47,821 bases of DNA from a virus (IMGVR_UViG_3300037722_000645:1-47821); one strand, 5' to 3'; positions 26,589 to 36,096 are shown, numbered from the stretch's first letter. Notes: generated by a model not told the origin, from the sequence alone. Numbers and translations: made by a program.

Positions 26589-26946
26589 CGGCGCCCGTTT
26601 CGACGCCCGGGCCTGGCACATCGTCGAGCGGCTGCAGGAACGCTACGGCATCGCGATCCGGGTCGAGCGGGTCGGCGAGATCGAGGCAGCGGCGCGGGAC
26701 GGGCTGCTGATCCGCCGGCACCGGAGCCGCGGGGCCGGGCAGCTGGTCGAGACGCGAGCGGTGGTCTGCGTGCTGGCCGGGGAGGGCCTGACGCTGCGCA
26801 CGGTGACCGCGGCGACGCGGGTGCCGGGGCGGGGAGCACTGCGGTATCGGGCCTGCAAGCCGAAGCGGGGGAAGCAGAAGGGGCGGCGGCACAACCGGCG
26901 GGGCAGGCGGCCGCGGTCGAGGGAACCGATGGAGGAGATGTCATGA
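26581..26946 (+). CDS. Basic hypothetical protein
   Basis: H...RLQERYGI motif; ATGA coupled to next gene. Confidence 0.6.
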   Translation: MPDGARFDARAWHIVERLQERYGIAIRVERVGEIEAAARDGLLIRRHRSRGAGQLVETRAVVCVLAGEGLTLRTVTAATRVPGRGALRYRACKPKRGKQKGRRHNRRGRRPRSREPMEEMS

Positions 26947-27575
26947 GCAACCGCCGCGGCCGCCGCCGGAAGCCCGGACCCCGCTACCCCTGTGGCAAGC
27001 ACCGCGCGCCAGCCGAGGCGAAGGCCGTCGACCGCGGCACGCCGGAGCAGCAGGACCGCCGGGCCTGGCTGGTGCAGGGCGGCCGGCTCGAGCTGGCGGC
27101 CTACCCGCTGGGCGTGCTGCTGGCCAACGGGGCGATCTCCGAGGACGAGCACAAGGCCGGCTGCCGCTATGCCTGGCTCTACCGGCTGGCCTTCGGGCGG
27201 GTCTCCATCGCGGCGGCCAGCTACGAGCTGCTGGGTGATGGTGCCAGCTATCACGAGGACGAGGCCTGGCTGCGCGACCGGGCGGCCGAGCTCTCCCGGC
27301 TGCAGAGCGCTCTCGGCTGCTTCATGACCCCGACCGGGCCCAAGACCGCGATCGGCCGGCAGGTCAAGCGGCTGGTCGACGAGCTGGCGGTGTTCGGCAA
27401 GGCGCCGCGCTGGATGCTGCCGGTGGCACCTGGGCCGGGCGACTGCCGGGATGCGGAACTGTTCCTGGCGGGGATCCGGCGGCTGGCCGAGGTGGCAGGC
27501 GGGCGGGATCGTCAACCTGGGCGAAACGTGACGCCCGTCACTGGCGCGCCGCCCCGGTCGGTGCCACATCCATGA
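26943..27575 (+). CDS. Putative late-gene transcription regulator (Q-position protein)
   Basis: GRRRKPGPRYPCGK N-terminus, PLG.LL..G.IS..EH.AG.RYA.LY; lies shortly before the late promoter; function inferred from position. Confidence 0.6.
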   Translation: MSNRRGRRRKPGPRYPCGKHRAPAEAKAVDRGTPEQQDRRAWLVQGGRLELAAYPLGVLLANGAISEDEHKAGCRYAWLYRLAFGRVSIAAASYELLGDGASYHEDEAWLRDRAAELSRLQSALGCFMTPTGPKTAIGRQVKRLVDELAVFGKAPRWMLPVAPGPGDCRDAELFLAGIRRLAEVAGGRDRQPGRNVTPVTGAPPRSVPHP

Positions 27576-27576
27576 C

Positions 27577-27843
27577 ATGCACAAGATCATCCCCCTTGCC
27601 ATCCTGGTCCTGCTCGGCGCCTGCGCCCGCGAGATCAGGCCCGAGGCCGTCACCGGCCCGAACGGCCGGCCCGGCTACGTCATGAGTTGCGGCAGCCGGG
27701 TCGCGGCCTGCTACCGGAAGGCCGGCGAGGTCTGCCCCGGCGGCTACGATGTCGTCGGCTCGCAGACCGGGACCGTCATGGTGCCGACCGCGCACGGCGT
27801 CCTGGGGGCGCCGCAGACCACGGTCGTGGTGGAGTGTAGATGA
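27577..27843 (+). CDS. Small lipoprotein
   Basis: Signal peptide with lipobox LLGAC; four further Cys (C..CY.KA.E.CP.GY...EC). Confidence 0.75.
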   Translation: MHKIIPLAILVLLGACAREIRPEAVTGPNGRPGYVMSCGSRVAACYRKAGEVCPGGYDVVGSQTGTVMVPTAHGVLGAPQTTVVVECR

Positions 27844-27844
27844 A

Positions 27845-28162
27845 ATGGCGAACGACAGAGTATACATCCGGTGTGATACTTGCGGCCAGCACAGCTACGT
27901 CGGTAACTACTTCCCGAGCGTGGGCGTCAACCACGAGACCGGCGCAGCGACGGGCGATTTTATTACGCGGCACTTGAACGAATGTTTCCGCAAGCGGCCA
28001 GAGGCCGAGTACCTGACGCTGGGCTCGGCCCCGCTCCCGTTCTCGGTTCACTGCGAGGGCTCGCTGCCCGACAACCCGATGGAGGGTGTCGTCGAAGGCA
28101 AGCGGGCCGTGTTCGCGGCGCTCGGAACGCTAGCCCAGGGGGGCGAGGACGAGCCCGCCTAG
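27845..28162 (+). CDS. Hypothetical phage protein
   Basis: MANDRVYIRCDTCG; GGAG RBS. Confidence 0.65.
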   Translation: MANDRVYIRCDTCGQHSYVGNYFPSVGVNHETGAATGDFITRHLNECFRKRPEAEYLTLGSAPLPFSVHCEGSLPDNPMEGVVEGKRAVFAALGTLAQGGEDEPA

Positions 28163-28193
28163 CCGCCGCCCGCCATCGCGACCAAATCGCAAC

Positions 28194-28222
28194 TTGACAG
28201 GAATGCTGTCCTGAAATAGCTT
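28194..28222 (+). promoter_or_regulatory. Putative late promoter
   Basis: TTGACA-N17-TAGCTT upstream of terS. Confidence 0.7.
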
Positions 28223-28252
28223 CCGAAAATCAGTGTTGGGAATTTGTCCCCA

Positions 28253-28286
28253 GGATCAGGGCCGACTCCGGCTTCTGGTCCTTTTT
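28253..28286 (+). terminator. Intrinsic terminator between late promoter and terS
   Basis: GGATCAGGGCCG-ACTC-CGGCTTCTGGTCC followed by TTTTT. Confidence 0.6.
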
Positions 28287-28287
28287 C

Positions 28288-28977
28288 GTGCCCGGAGCCC
28301 GCCTCTTGTCCTACGACCCGTGGAAAGAACACTGGCCGGTGATCGAGGCCGAGTGGAAGGGCGGCGAGATCTCCAACGCCGAGATCGGCCGGCGCCACGG
28401 CATCACCGCTGAGTCGGTGCGCAGGACGGCGCTGAAGCGAGGCTGGACCCGCGACCCCGACTGCCCGGCCGATCGGCAGAAGCCGAAGCGCGGCAGCAGC
28501 GGCCTGCCGGCCCCCGCGGTCGAGCCCGACAAGCTTTACAGCCGCTATCTGGCGCTCGCGGCCCCCGCGCACCTGCCGGTCAATGCCTTCGACACGCCGG
28601 AGCGCCGGGCCCGCGTGCTGGCCTGCATCCGCCAGGGCATGTCGCCCGAGGCGGCCTGCTACTACGCCCGCCTGCACGAGGACGACCTCCGCGCCATCGC
28701 GGCCGGGGATGACGTCTTCCAGGGCCACATGATCGACGCCGAGCGGGAGTGGCACGAAAGCCAGCTCGGCAAGCTGAACGGCAGCGGCGACCCGAGGTGG
28801 GGCGCCTGGCTCTTGGAGCGCAACCAGGCGACCAAGGGCGACTACAAGCCGCCGGCTGGCCAGGGCGGCGGCAACATCACGATCCACTTCAACATGCCTC
28901 AGGTCGGCGGCCCGGTCACCATCGAGGGTGAAAGCGTGCGGGTCTGGGACGATAAGCCGATCTCGATCGAGCGCTGA
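28288..28977 (+). CDS. Terminase small subunit (putative)
   Basis: N-terminal HTH (W..IEAEW..G..S..EIGRRHGIT...VRR.A.KRGW.R), WLLER motif; TGATG-coupled to terL. Confidence 0.8.
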   Translation: MPGARLLSYDPWKEHWPVIEAEWKGGEISNAEIGRRHGITAESVRRTALKRGWTRDPDCPADRQKPKRGSSGLPAPAVEPDKLYSRYLALAAPAHLPVNAFDTPERRARVLACIRQGMSPEAACYYARLHEDDLRAIAAGDDVFQGHMIDAEREWHESQLGKLNGSGDPRWGAWLLERNQATKGDYKPPAGQGGGNITIHFNMPQVGGPVTIEGESVRVWDDKPISIER

Positions 28978-30401
28978 TGGCCGCGATCACGCCCGGCTAC
29001 GCGCCGCAGGCCCGGCAGGCGCTGCTGCATGCCTGTCCGGCGCGCTGGATGCTCTATGGCGGCGCGGCGGGCGGCGGCAAGTCGGTAGCGTTGCGCTGGG
29101 ACCTGCTCGTGCAGTGCGCGAACAACCCCGGTCTCGACGCCTATCTCTTCCGGCGCACGCTGCCGCAGCTCGAGAACAACCACATCCGCAACCTGGTCAA
29201 CGAGGTGCCGGCCGAGCTCGGCGCCTACAACCGGACCCGCAAGCGCTACGAGCTGATGAACGGCTCCGGCCTCAACTTCTGCTATTGCGAGAGCGAGGCC
29301 GACGTCGAGAACTACCAGGGCGCCGAGATGCCGGCCCTCGGCATCGACGAGGCCCAGCAGCTGACGCCCTACCAGATCAACTACCTGATCAGCCGCGTGC
29401 GCGTCGGCAGCTACAAGCCCAAGGTGCCGAACGTCTTCCCGCGGGTCATCTTCACCGCCAATCCCGGCGGCGTCTCGCACCAGTACCTAAAAGAGGTCTT
29501 CATCGACCGGGCGCCGCCGGAGACGCTGTTCATCGACCCGGAAACCGGCTGGGTACTCTGCTTCATCCCGGCCAAGATGACCGATAACCAGTATCTCGAC
29601 GAGGGCTACGCGGCGCAGTTCTCGCGGATGCCGGAGCACATGCAGAAGATGCTGCGCGACGGCGACTGGAACGTCGTGCCGGGCGCCTACTTCGACTGCT
29701 GGGACGCCTCGAAGAACATCGTCAAGCCGTTCCGCATCCCGGCGCACTGGACGCGCTTCCGCTCCGTCGACTGGGGCCATGCGACGCCCTTCTCGATCCA
29801 ATGGTGGGCGGTCGCCAGCGAGGAGATCGAGCATCCGACGGGCGGGCAGATCATTCCCGAGGGCGCGCTCATTCATTACCGCGAGTGGTACGGCGCCCTC
29901 CAGGTCCATGGCCGCACGACGGTCAAGGGTCTCCGCCTCGAGGCCGAGCAGGTGGCCCGCGGCATCATCGGCATGACCAAGGAGCCGATCCGCTACACCG
30001 TTTGCGACCCCTCGGCCTGGAACCGGCACAGCGGACCGTCGCCGGCGGAGCGCATGATCCTCAACGGCGTCCCGCTCAGGAAGGCGGACAACAACCGCGA
30101 GATCGGCTGGCAGCAGATGTACGACCGCATCCTGGGCGAGGACGGCCGGCCGATGCTCTACGTCTTCGAGAGCTGCATCGAGTACATCCGCACCGTGCCG
30201 GTGCAGCTCCCGGCCGACGGCAACCCCGAGGACATCGAGAAGGGGCCCGACGACCATTCAAGCGATTCTGCGCGCTACGCGTGCATGAGCCGCCCGATGA
30301 TGGGCCGCCGGCCGAAGACCGAGGAAGACTGGCTGAGGATGCCGACCTTCAACGAGCTGCGCGACGAAAGCGCGAAGCGGAGACGAATCTATGGCGACTG
30401 A
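28977..30401 (+). CDS. terL: Terminase large subunit
   Basis: YGGAAGGGKS, IDEA, TANPGG, DWG, DPS, DHSSDSARY. Confidence 0.96.
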   Translation: MAAITPGYAPQARQALLHACPARWMLYGGAAGGGKSVALRWDLLVQCANNPGLDAYLFRRTLPQLENNHIRNLVNEVPAELGAYNRTRKRYELMNGSGLNFCYCESEADVENYQGAEMPALGIDEAQQLTPYQINYLISRVRVGSYKPKVPNVFPRVIFTANPGGVSHQYLKEVFIDRAPPETLFIDPETGWVLCFIPAKMTDNQYLDEGYAAQFSRMPEHMQKMLRDGDWNVVPGAYFDCWDASKNIVKPFRIPAHWTRFRSVDWGHATPFSIQWWAVASEEIEHPTGGQIIPEGALIHYREWYGALQVHGRTTVKGLRLEAEQVARGIIGMTKEPIRYTVCDPSAWNRHSGPSPAERMILNGVPLRKADNNREIGWQQMYDRILGEDGRPMLYVFESCIEYIRTVPVQLPADGNPEDIEKGPDDHSSDSARYACMSRPMMGRRPKTEEDWLRMPTFNELRDESAKRRRIYGD

Positions 30402-32601
30402 GCCGCAACAGCGCGAGCAGGTCGACGAGTCCAAGGACTTCGGCCAGGGCGACGCCGCGACGGTGCGGCAGTGGCTCGCCCGCATCGAGCGGCAGGAGAA
30501 GAAGGAAACCGACTGGCGCGACCAGTCCCGCGAGATCATCAAAATCTACCGCGACAACGCCCGCAAGGCTTCCTATAGCGGCCGCAACGCCGGCAGCAAG
30601 GCCGGCCGCGTCAAGTTCAACATCCTCTATTCGAACACTGTCACCCTGGCCGGCGGGCTCTACAACCAGACGCCACGGCCCGACGTCCGGCGCCGCAACG
30701 CGACCGAGGATCCCATCGCCAACTGGGCGGCCACCGCGCTGGAGCGCGGCCTCGCCGCATCGCTCGACGGCTACGACTTCGATGAGGTCATGGCCGCGGT
30801 CGTCCACGACTACCTGCTGCCGGGCCGCGGCGTCCCCCGGGTGCGCTACCTGCCGAAGTTCTCCGAGGAAGCGGCCGGCGCCGAGGGCGAAGAGGCGCAG
30901 CCGGCGCTGGAGACCGAAGCCCTCGAGTCCGAGGCGGTCGACTGGGACCAGATCGTCATCGGCCCGGCGCGGAAATGGAAGAAGGTGCCCTGGATCGCGT
31001 TCCGCCACCGCATGTCGCGGGAGCAGCTGGTCGAGCGCTTCGGTGCCGAGCTCGGCAAGCAGGTCAAGCTGGACTGGGCGCCCGACGACAAGGAGAAGAG
31101 CCGCGAGGAGGACGTCGAGGACATCTTCAAGACCGGCGAGGTCTGGGAAATCTGGAGCCTGGCCAGCCGCAAGGTGCTGATGATAGCGCCCTCGGTCGAG
31201 GCGAAGCCGCTGGAGGTCATCGACGACCCGCTGCACCTCAGTGGCTTCTTCCCCATCCCGCGGCCGCTCTATTCGATCCGCTCGAACGAAGACCTCATCC
31301 CGACACCTGAGTTCCACATCTACGCCGACCAGGCCTACGAGCTCGACCGCGTCACCAAGCGGATTTCACGCCTCATCGAGGCCCTGAAGGCGCGCGGTGC
31401 CTACGACGGCCAGCTCGGAACCGATCTCGAGAAGATCCTCTCCGAGGACGACAACGGCCTGGTGCCGGCCGAGAACGCGGCGGCGCTGGCCGACCGCGGC
31501 GGGCTCAAGGCCGCGATCTGGTTCATGCCGCTGCAGGAAATCCAGGCGGTGCTGGCCGGGCTCTACATCCAGCGCGACCAGATCAAGCAGGCCATCTTCG
31601 AGATCACCGGCATCTCCGATCTCTTCCGCGGCGCGACCAAGGCCTCTGAGTCCGCGACGGCGCAGTCGATCAAGGCGCAGTTCGGCTCGCTGCGCTTCGA
31701 GCGCCGGCAGCGCGAGGTGCAGCGCCTGGTGCGCGACGTCTTCCGCATGAAGGCCGAGATCATGGCCGAGCAGTTCTCGGTCGAGACGCTGCGCGAGATC
31801 GGCCAGCTGCCGCTGCTGACCGCCGAGGAGAAGACGAAGCTGCAGCAGGCCGCCTCGGCCGCGCAAGCCGCCGGCCAGGAGCCGCAGGTGCCGCCCGAGA
31901 TCATGGAGGCGATGCAGCAGCCCAGCCTCGATGACGTCGTTGCCTTCCTGCGCAGCCAGAAGGCCCGCGACTTCCGCATCGACGTCGAGACGGATTCCAC
32001 GATCGCGGTCGACCAGGCGCGGGAGCGCGAGGACGTCACCCTGCTGCTGACCTCGGTCACGCAGTTCCTGCAGGGCATGGCACCGCTGATCGGCCAGGGG
32101 GCACCGCCGGAGTTCGCGATCTCGCTGCTGATGGTGGCGGTGCGCCGCTTCCGGCTCGGCCGCGAGGTCGAGGACTCGCTGAACGCGCTGCCGCGGAAGC
32201 TGCAGCCGCAGGGGCCGAGCCCGAAGGAGCTTGAGCTGAAGGCCGAGGCCGAGGAAGGCGAGAAGGACCGGCAGCACACGCTGGCGCTGAAGAAGATGGA
32301 GCTCGAGCACAACGGCGACATGGCGCGCCAGAAGCGGATTCAGGAGCAGCGCGTCGCCGGCGTCATGGACGAGGAAGAGATGGAAAAGATCGCGATGGCT
32401 ATCCAGCAGTTGGCGCAGTCGCATGCCCAGGTGGCGGCGCAGGGCCAGCAGCAGATGCAGATGCTGCTGCAGGCCATGACGGCGCAGACGCAGGCGCTGA
32501 GCGCGCTTGCCCGGGCGCAGGCGGCGCCGAAGCGGATCGTGACCGACCCCGCCACCGGCGAGCCGGTCGGGATCGAGACCGAAATGCCGACGATGCAGTG
32601 A
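30391..32601 (+). CDS. Portal protein (P22-like, Gln-rich C-terminal barrel)
   Basis: 736 aa after terL; FNILYSN, FFPIPRP, EITGISD..RG, IDVETDST. Confidence 0.9.
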   Translation: MATEPQQREQVDESKDFGQGDAATVRQWLARIERQEKKETDWRDQSREIIKIYRDNARKASYSGRNAGSKAGRVKFNILYSNTVTLAGGLYNQTPRPDVRRRNATEDPIANWAATALERGLAASLDGYDFDEVMAAVVHDYLLPGRGVPRVRYLPKFSEEAAGAEGEEAQPALETEALESEAVDWDQIVIGPARKWKKVPWIAFRHRMSREQLVERFGAELGKQVKLDWAPDDKEKSREEDVEDIFKTGEVWEIWSLASRKVLMIAPSVEAKPLEVIDDPLHLSGFFPIPRPLYSIRSNEDLIPTPEFHIYADQAYELDRVTKRISRLIEALKARGAYDGQLGTDLEKILSEDDNGLVPAENAAALADRGGLKAAIWFMPLQEIQAVLAGLYIQRDQIKQAIFEITGISDLFRGATKASESATAQSIKAQFGSLRFERRQREVQRLVRDVFRMKAEIMAEQFSVETLREIGQLPLLTAEEKTKLQQAASAAQAAGQEPQVPPEIMEAMQQPSLDDVVAFLRSQKARDFRIDVETDSTIAVDQAREREDVTLLLTSVTQFLQGMAPLIGQGAPPEFAISLLMVAVRRFRLGREVEDSLNALPRKLQPQGPSPKELELKAEAEEGEKDRQHTLALKKMELEHNGDMARQKRIQEQRVAGVMDEEEMEKIAMAIQQLAQSHAQVAAQGQQQMQMLLQAMTAQTQALSALARAQAAPKRIVTDPATGEPVGIETEMPTMQ

Positions 32602-32622
32602 GGTGGCCGTGCCTGCGAGGGG

Positions 32623-32700
32623 CTAGCCCAGCCCGTACCAGATCAGCAGCACCAGGGCGGCGAAGATGATCGCCAGCGCGATGGATGCGGGCCGTGTCAT
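32623..32700 (-). CDS. 25-aa single-TM micro-protein (not in ORF track)
   Basis: MTRPASIALAIIFAALVLLIWYGLG*; ATGA coupling. Confidence 0.55.
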   Translation of the reverse strand: MTRPASIALAIIFAALVLLIWYGLG

Positions 32701-32807
32701 GCGCGGCTATTGAGTGCCCAGACGAACAGCAGCACGGGCAAGGCGAAGGGCAGGGCGGCGATGGGCAGGGCGGCCGACCGTCCAGGGCGTTCCGGTGGCT
32801 GCGTCAT
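32697..32807 (-). CDS. 36-aa single-TM micro-protein (not in ORF track)
   Basis: MTQPPERPGRSAALPIAALPFALPVLLFVWALNSRA*; ATGA coupling at both ends. Confidence 0.55.
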   Translation of the reverse strand: MTQPPERPGRSAALPIAALPFALPVLLFVWALNSRA

Positions 32808-33037
32808 GCGCTCTTCGCCTTCCTGGTCTTGGCGGTGCTCCAGAGCAGTTCAAGGAAGGGAGCGGCGTCCCGGCCGTCCTGCCCAGTGATGTGCAGCGCG
32901 ATGCAAGCGCCCATCCAGGCGGCCAGGGCAGGGTTGGTGCCTGACCCGATTTCGCGGAGGACTCCGGCCTGATCCCCGGCAATCCAGCGATCCGCCAGCT
33001 TGGCGGCCGTCTCGGCGGCCAGCTCGCGGCTGTTCAT
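32804..33037 (-). CDS. 77-aa hypothetical protein
   Basis: Start MNSRELAAE; ATGA coupling at both ends. Confidence 0.6.
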   Translation of the reverse strand: MNSRELAAETAAKLADRWIAGDQAGVLREIGSGTNPALAAWMGACIALHITGQDGRDAAPFLELLWSTAKTRKAKSA

Positions 33038-33216
33038 CGCTGCGCCAGCCTGCCGGAGCCTCGCACCAGCAGTCCGGTAAGCCAGCCCAGCAGGACAAGG
33101 ACGGCGGCCCCGGCCAGCCACAACATGGCGTCGGCCTGCCAGCGCTCTGCCGGCACGGCGAGCCAGAAGCCGAAGTAAAGGCACGTCCAGGCGAAGACGG
33201 GCCAGAAAATGAACAT
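33034..33216 (-). CDS. 60-aa two-TM membrane protein
   Basis: Two hydrophobic Trp-rich helices; GAAAGG RBS. Confidence 0.6.
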   Translation of the reverse strand: MFIFWPVFAWTCLYFGFWLAVPAERWQADAMLWLAGAAVLVLLGWLTGLLVRGSGRLAQR

Positions 33217-33342
33217 AGTTAAGACCTTTCACAACCGCCGATGAGTGTATCACGGCGGCTTGGCCGGGGGTACGGGAAAAACGGGCAGGACTTTCGGACA
33301 GATGGAGCTATCCACCAGGATGCCGGCCCTTGGGAGCATGAG

Positions 33343-33606
33343 ATGGTAGCAGACGCGAAGAAGGTTCAAACCCTGCTCAATCTGGCGGCAGATGCGGCCG
33401 AAGCTATCCGGCTCCAGAGGGACATCCTGGAAACCGTCCGGGCTCTGTACGTCACCGCGAATCCCAACATTACCGGCACGCCGCTTGAGGGCAACCTAGT
33501 GGCTATCAGCGCATGGCTGGATGATGTCAAGGCGGTGGCCGACGACCCCGTAGTTGACGGGCTGATCGCGGCCAGGGTCCCGACCCACAGAGGAAAGGCG
33601 TTGTAA
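33343..33606 (+). CDS. Hypothetical (virion-associated?) protein
   Basis: Start MVADAKK after GGGAG; TAATG coupled to next gene. Confidence 0.65.
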   Translation: MVADAKKVQTLLNLAADAAEAIRLQRDILETVRALYVTANPNITGTPLEGNLVAISAWLDDVKAVADDPVVDGLIAARVPTHRGKAL

Positions 33607-34121
33607 TGGCAAGCGGCGATCCAGTTCTGGAAAGCGTCGAGATCGTCCCGCCTGCGGCCAGCGCGGCCCAGTTCGACGTGCGCGCGGGCGGCAGTACGCC
33701 AGCCGAGAACTTCACCGTCTATGCCTTCGATGACACGACGGACGAATTCCTCGATCTGAAATGCCGGCTCGGCCCGAACTACGACGGCGGCGGGCTCACG
33801 CTACGCCTGCCCTGGGCAGCGGCCTCGGCCACGACGGGCAACGTCAAGTTGGACGCGGCGATCCGGCGCATAGCGGATGATGCCGAGGATATCGATGTCT
33901 CGCACACCTACGTTTTCAACACCGTCACCGATGCGGCCCCCAGCGCGAGCGGAGAGCCGACCGACGCGGTGATCACCTTCACCGACGGGGCGGACATGGA
34001 CAGCCTCGCGGCCGGCGAGCTGTTCATTCTGCGCATTCGTCGCCACGCCTCCGACGGGGCGGACACCATGGCGGGCGATGCGCAGCTCTCGGCAAGCCAG
34101 GTTGCCGTGCGAGAGACCTGA
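33606..34121 (+). CDS. Putative virion beta-sandwich protein
   Basis: Acidic, T/A/D-rich; AFDDTTDE...NYDGG...LRIRR...D..DTMAGDA. Confidence 0.7.
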   Translation: MASGDPVLESVEIVPPAASAAQFDVRAGGSTPAENFTVYAFDDTTDEFLDLKCRLGPNYDGGGLTLRLPWAAASATTGNVKLDAAIRRIADDAEDIDVSHTYVFNTVTDAAPSASGEPTDAVITFTDGADMDSLAAGELFILRIRRHASDGADTMAGDAQLSASQVAVRET

Positions 34122-34261
34122 TGACCAAGCACGTTACCGCGTGGGACGTTACTGTGTGGAGCGCTGTCCTGACACCGGCTGAAATCGAGGCGCTTGCGAA
34201 AGGTCTGTGCCCGCTCCTTGTCCGTCCGAATGCCATCGTGTTTTTCCGCAGGGAAACCTGA
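34121..34261 (+). pseudogene. 46-aa remnant paralogous to part of the following LamG-like gene
   Basis: VWSAVLTPAEIEALAKGLCPLLVRPNAIV vs VWDAALTAAEIVQLAKRVPPWLIRPQALV; TGATG coupling at both ends. Confidence 0.6.
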
Positions 34262-34992
34262 TGGCGCGTGATTTCGACGATGCCAGCGAACAATACCTGG
34301 AGACCGACAGCCCGAGGCTGACGGCGGAGCCCCTCACCCTGGCGTGCTGGGGGGTCAATGACGACCGCGCAGACACGCATACCCTGATGTGGTTTGGCCG
34401 CAGCGACGTGGGGAACGACCGCCATTATCTGGCCTGTGTCCTTAACACGGGCGTCTTGGTGGCCCGCACGATAGACGGCGCGACAACCGCAACCGCCGAG
34501 GCTGCGGCGCCCGACAACGGTGTTTTGTTCCATGCTGCTGGTGTCTGGGCATCGGACAGCTCCAGGCTTGCGTATCTGGACGGCGTGGCAGGGACCGAGG
34601 ACACGACGGCCACGGCTGTTGCGGGGGAGAACCGGATTTCGATCGGGCGGAACGGCGACAGCAGCCCGGGTTTCTACCACGACGGCCTGATCATGCACGC
34701 TGCAGTTTGGGACGCGGCCCTGACGGCAGCGGAGATCGTCCAGCTCGCCAAGCGCGTCCCGCCGTGGCTGATCCGGCCGCAAGCCCTGGTGCATTACTGG
34801 CCGCTCTGGGGCCGGCACACGACCGAGCCGGACCTTGCTGGGGCTACGGGACTGACGGTGACCGGCGCGACGTTCGCAGCCGACCCCGTGGGGCTGCTGA
34901 TCCCCTTGCCCCGGCGGCTGCTGGTGGCGACGGCGGCGGCTCCCGCCGGCACGATCCTGCCGCAGATGATGCAGCACTACTACAATGGATAA
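34261..34992 (+). CDS. LamG/concanavalin A-like virion protein
   Basis: PLTLACW, HAAGVW, AYLDG, ISIG, G.I...AVWDAALTAAEI; start MARDFD (34261). Confidence 0.82.
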   Translation: MARDFDDASEQYLETDSPRLTAEPLTLACWGVNDDRADTHTLMWFGRSDVGNDRHYLACVLNTGVLVARTIDGATTATAEAAAPDNGVLFHAAGVWASDSSRLAYLDGVAGTEDTTATAVAGENRISIGRNGDSSPGFYHDGLIMHAAVWDAALTAAEIVQLAKRVPPWLIRPQALVHYWPLWGRHTTEPDLAGATGLTVTGATFAADPVGLLIPLPRRLLVATAAAPAGTILPQMMQHYYNG

Positions 34993-34995
34993 GCC

Positions 34996-36096
34996 ATGAG
35001 CGTCCGACGCATAAAGGCCGGCACGACGGATGTTTCGGTGACGCTGCGCATCATCGATTCAGGCGACGGCACGCCGGAGACGGGCGTGGTGTTCGACACG
35101 TCCGGCATTGATCTGTGGTATCGGCGGGAAGGTGCTGCCTCGGTCGATATCACGGAGGCGGACCTTGCCACGCCGGCCCTGACGGACGCGCACGCGGACG
35201 GCGGGTTTCTGCACATCAATGACGGCGTGTACCGCCTGGATCTGCCCGACGCGGCTTGCGCGGCCGGTGTGACGGGCGTGCAGATCGGCGGCACCGTGAC
35301 GGGCATGGTGGTGCTGGCGCCCTATATCGAGCTGACGGATTACAACCTCGGCGACCTGGCCGGCGCGACCTTCAACACCTCGACGGACAGTTTGGAAGCG
35401 ATCAGGAATCGCGGCGACGCGGAGTGGATAACGGGTGCTGGCGGGACGCCGCCCGAACTGCTGCAGGCCACCACCATTGCCACGCTGGCGAGCCAGACCA
35501 GCTTCACGCTTACGGACGGCTCGGCGGATGATGGCGCCTACAAGGATTGCACGGCGGTCATCACCGATGTCGCGACCGCGACGCAGAAGTGCTTCGGGCA
35601 CATCGCCGGCTATGTGGGGTCCACCAAGACTGTCACGCTGACAGTGGACCCTGGCGTGTTCACGATCGCGACTACCGACAACATCGACATCATCGCCCCG
35701 TCAGTCGCCCACGCGCTGACCGCAGCGGCGGCGGCCTTTGGGGCGATCAATACCCATGTCGACCTGTTCACCACCGATTCGGGCCAACTGCTCGCCACTG
35801 CGGAGCCCGGCAGCTTTGCCGAGCAGGTGAGCACGCTCATCGGCACGCCGGCCGATACGGACATCGCGACCGACATCGCGAACGTCCAGACAGAGGCGGA
35901 CAAGCTCGGCACGCCAGCCGGCGCCAGCGTGTCGGCTGATATCGCGGCGGCGAAGAGCGACACGGCGGCGATCAAGACAAAGACGGACAGCCTGACGTTT
36001 ACCGTTGCTGGCCAAGTCGATGCAAACATCGAGTCCGTGAACGGGGCCGCGGTCGGCGGCAGCGGCACAGAGGGCAGCCCCTGGGGGCCGGCATAG
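34996..36096 (+). CDS. Putative virion fibre/decoration protein
   Basis: T/A/D/G-rich, GVYRLDLPDAA, repeated GTPA..(I/V)..DIA units. Confidence 0.7.
   Translation: MSVRRIKAGTTDVSVTLRIIDSGDGTPETGVVFDTSGIDLWYRREGAASVDITEADLATPALTDAHADGGFLHINDGVYRLDLPDAACAAGVTGVQIGGTVTGMVVLAPYIELTDYNLGDLAGATFNTSTDSLEAIRNRGDAEWITGAGGTPPELLQATTIATLASQTSFTLTDGSADDGAYKDCTAVITDVATATQKCFGHIAGYVGSTKTVTLTVDPGVFTIATTDNIDIIAPSVAHALTAAAAAFGAINTHVDLFTTDSGQLLATAEPGSFAEQVSTLIGTPADTDIATDIANVQTEADKLGTPAGASVSADIAAAKSDTAAIKTKTDSLTFTVAGQVDANIESVNGAAVGGSGTEGSPWGPA

Noticed and set aside
27577-27843. Lipoprotein as o-spanin of a lysis cassette
   Set aside because: No adjacent endolysin, holin or i-spanin; more likely an accessory lipoprotein
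34121-34791. Diversity-generating retroelement TR/VR pair
   Set aside because: Differences between the mini-ORF and the LamG segment are not adenine-specific, nucleotide identity is low, and no reverse transcriptase is in the window
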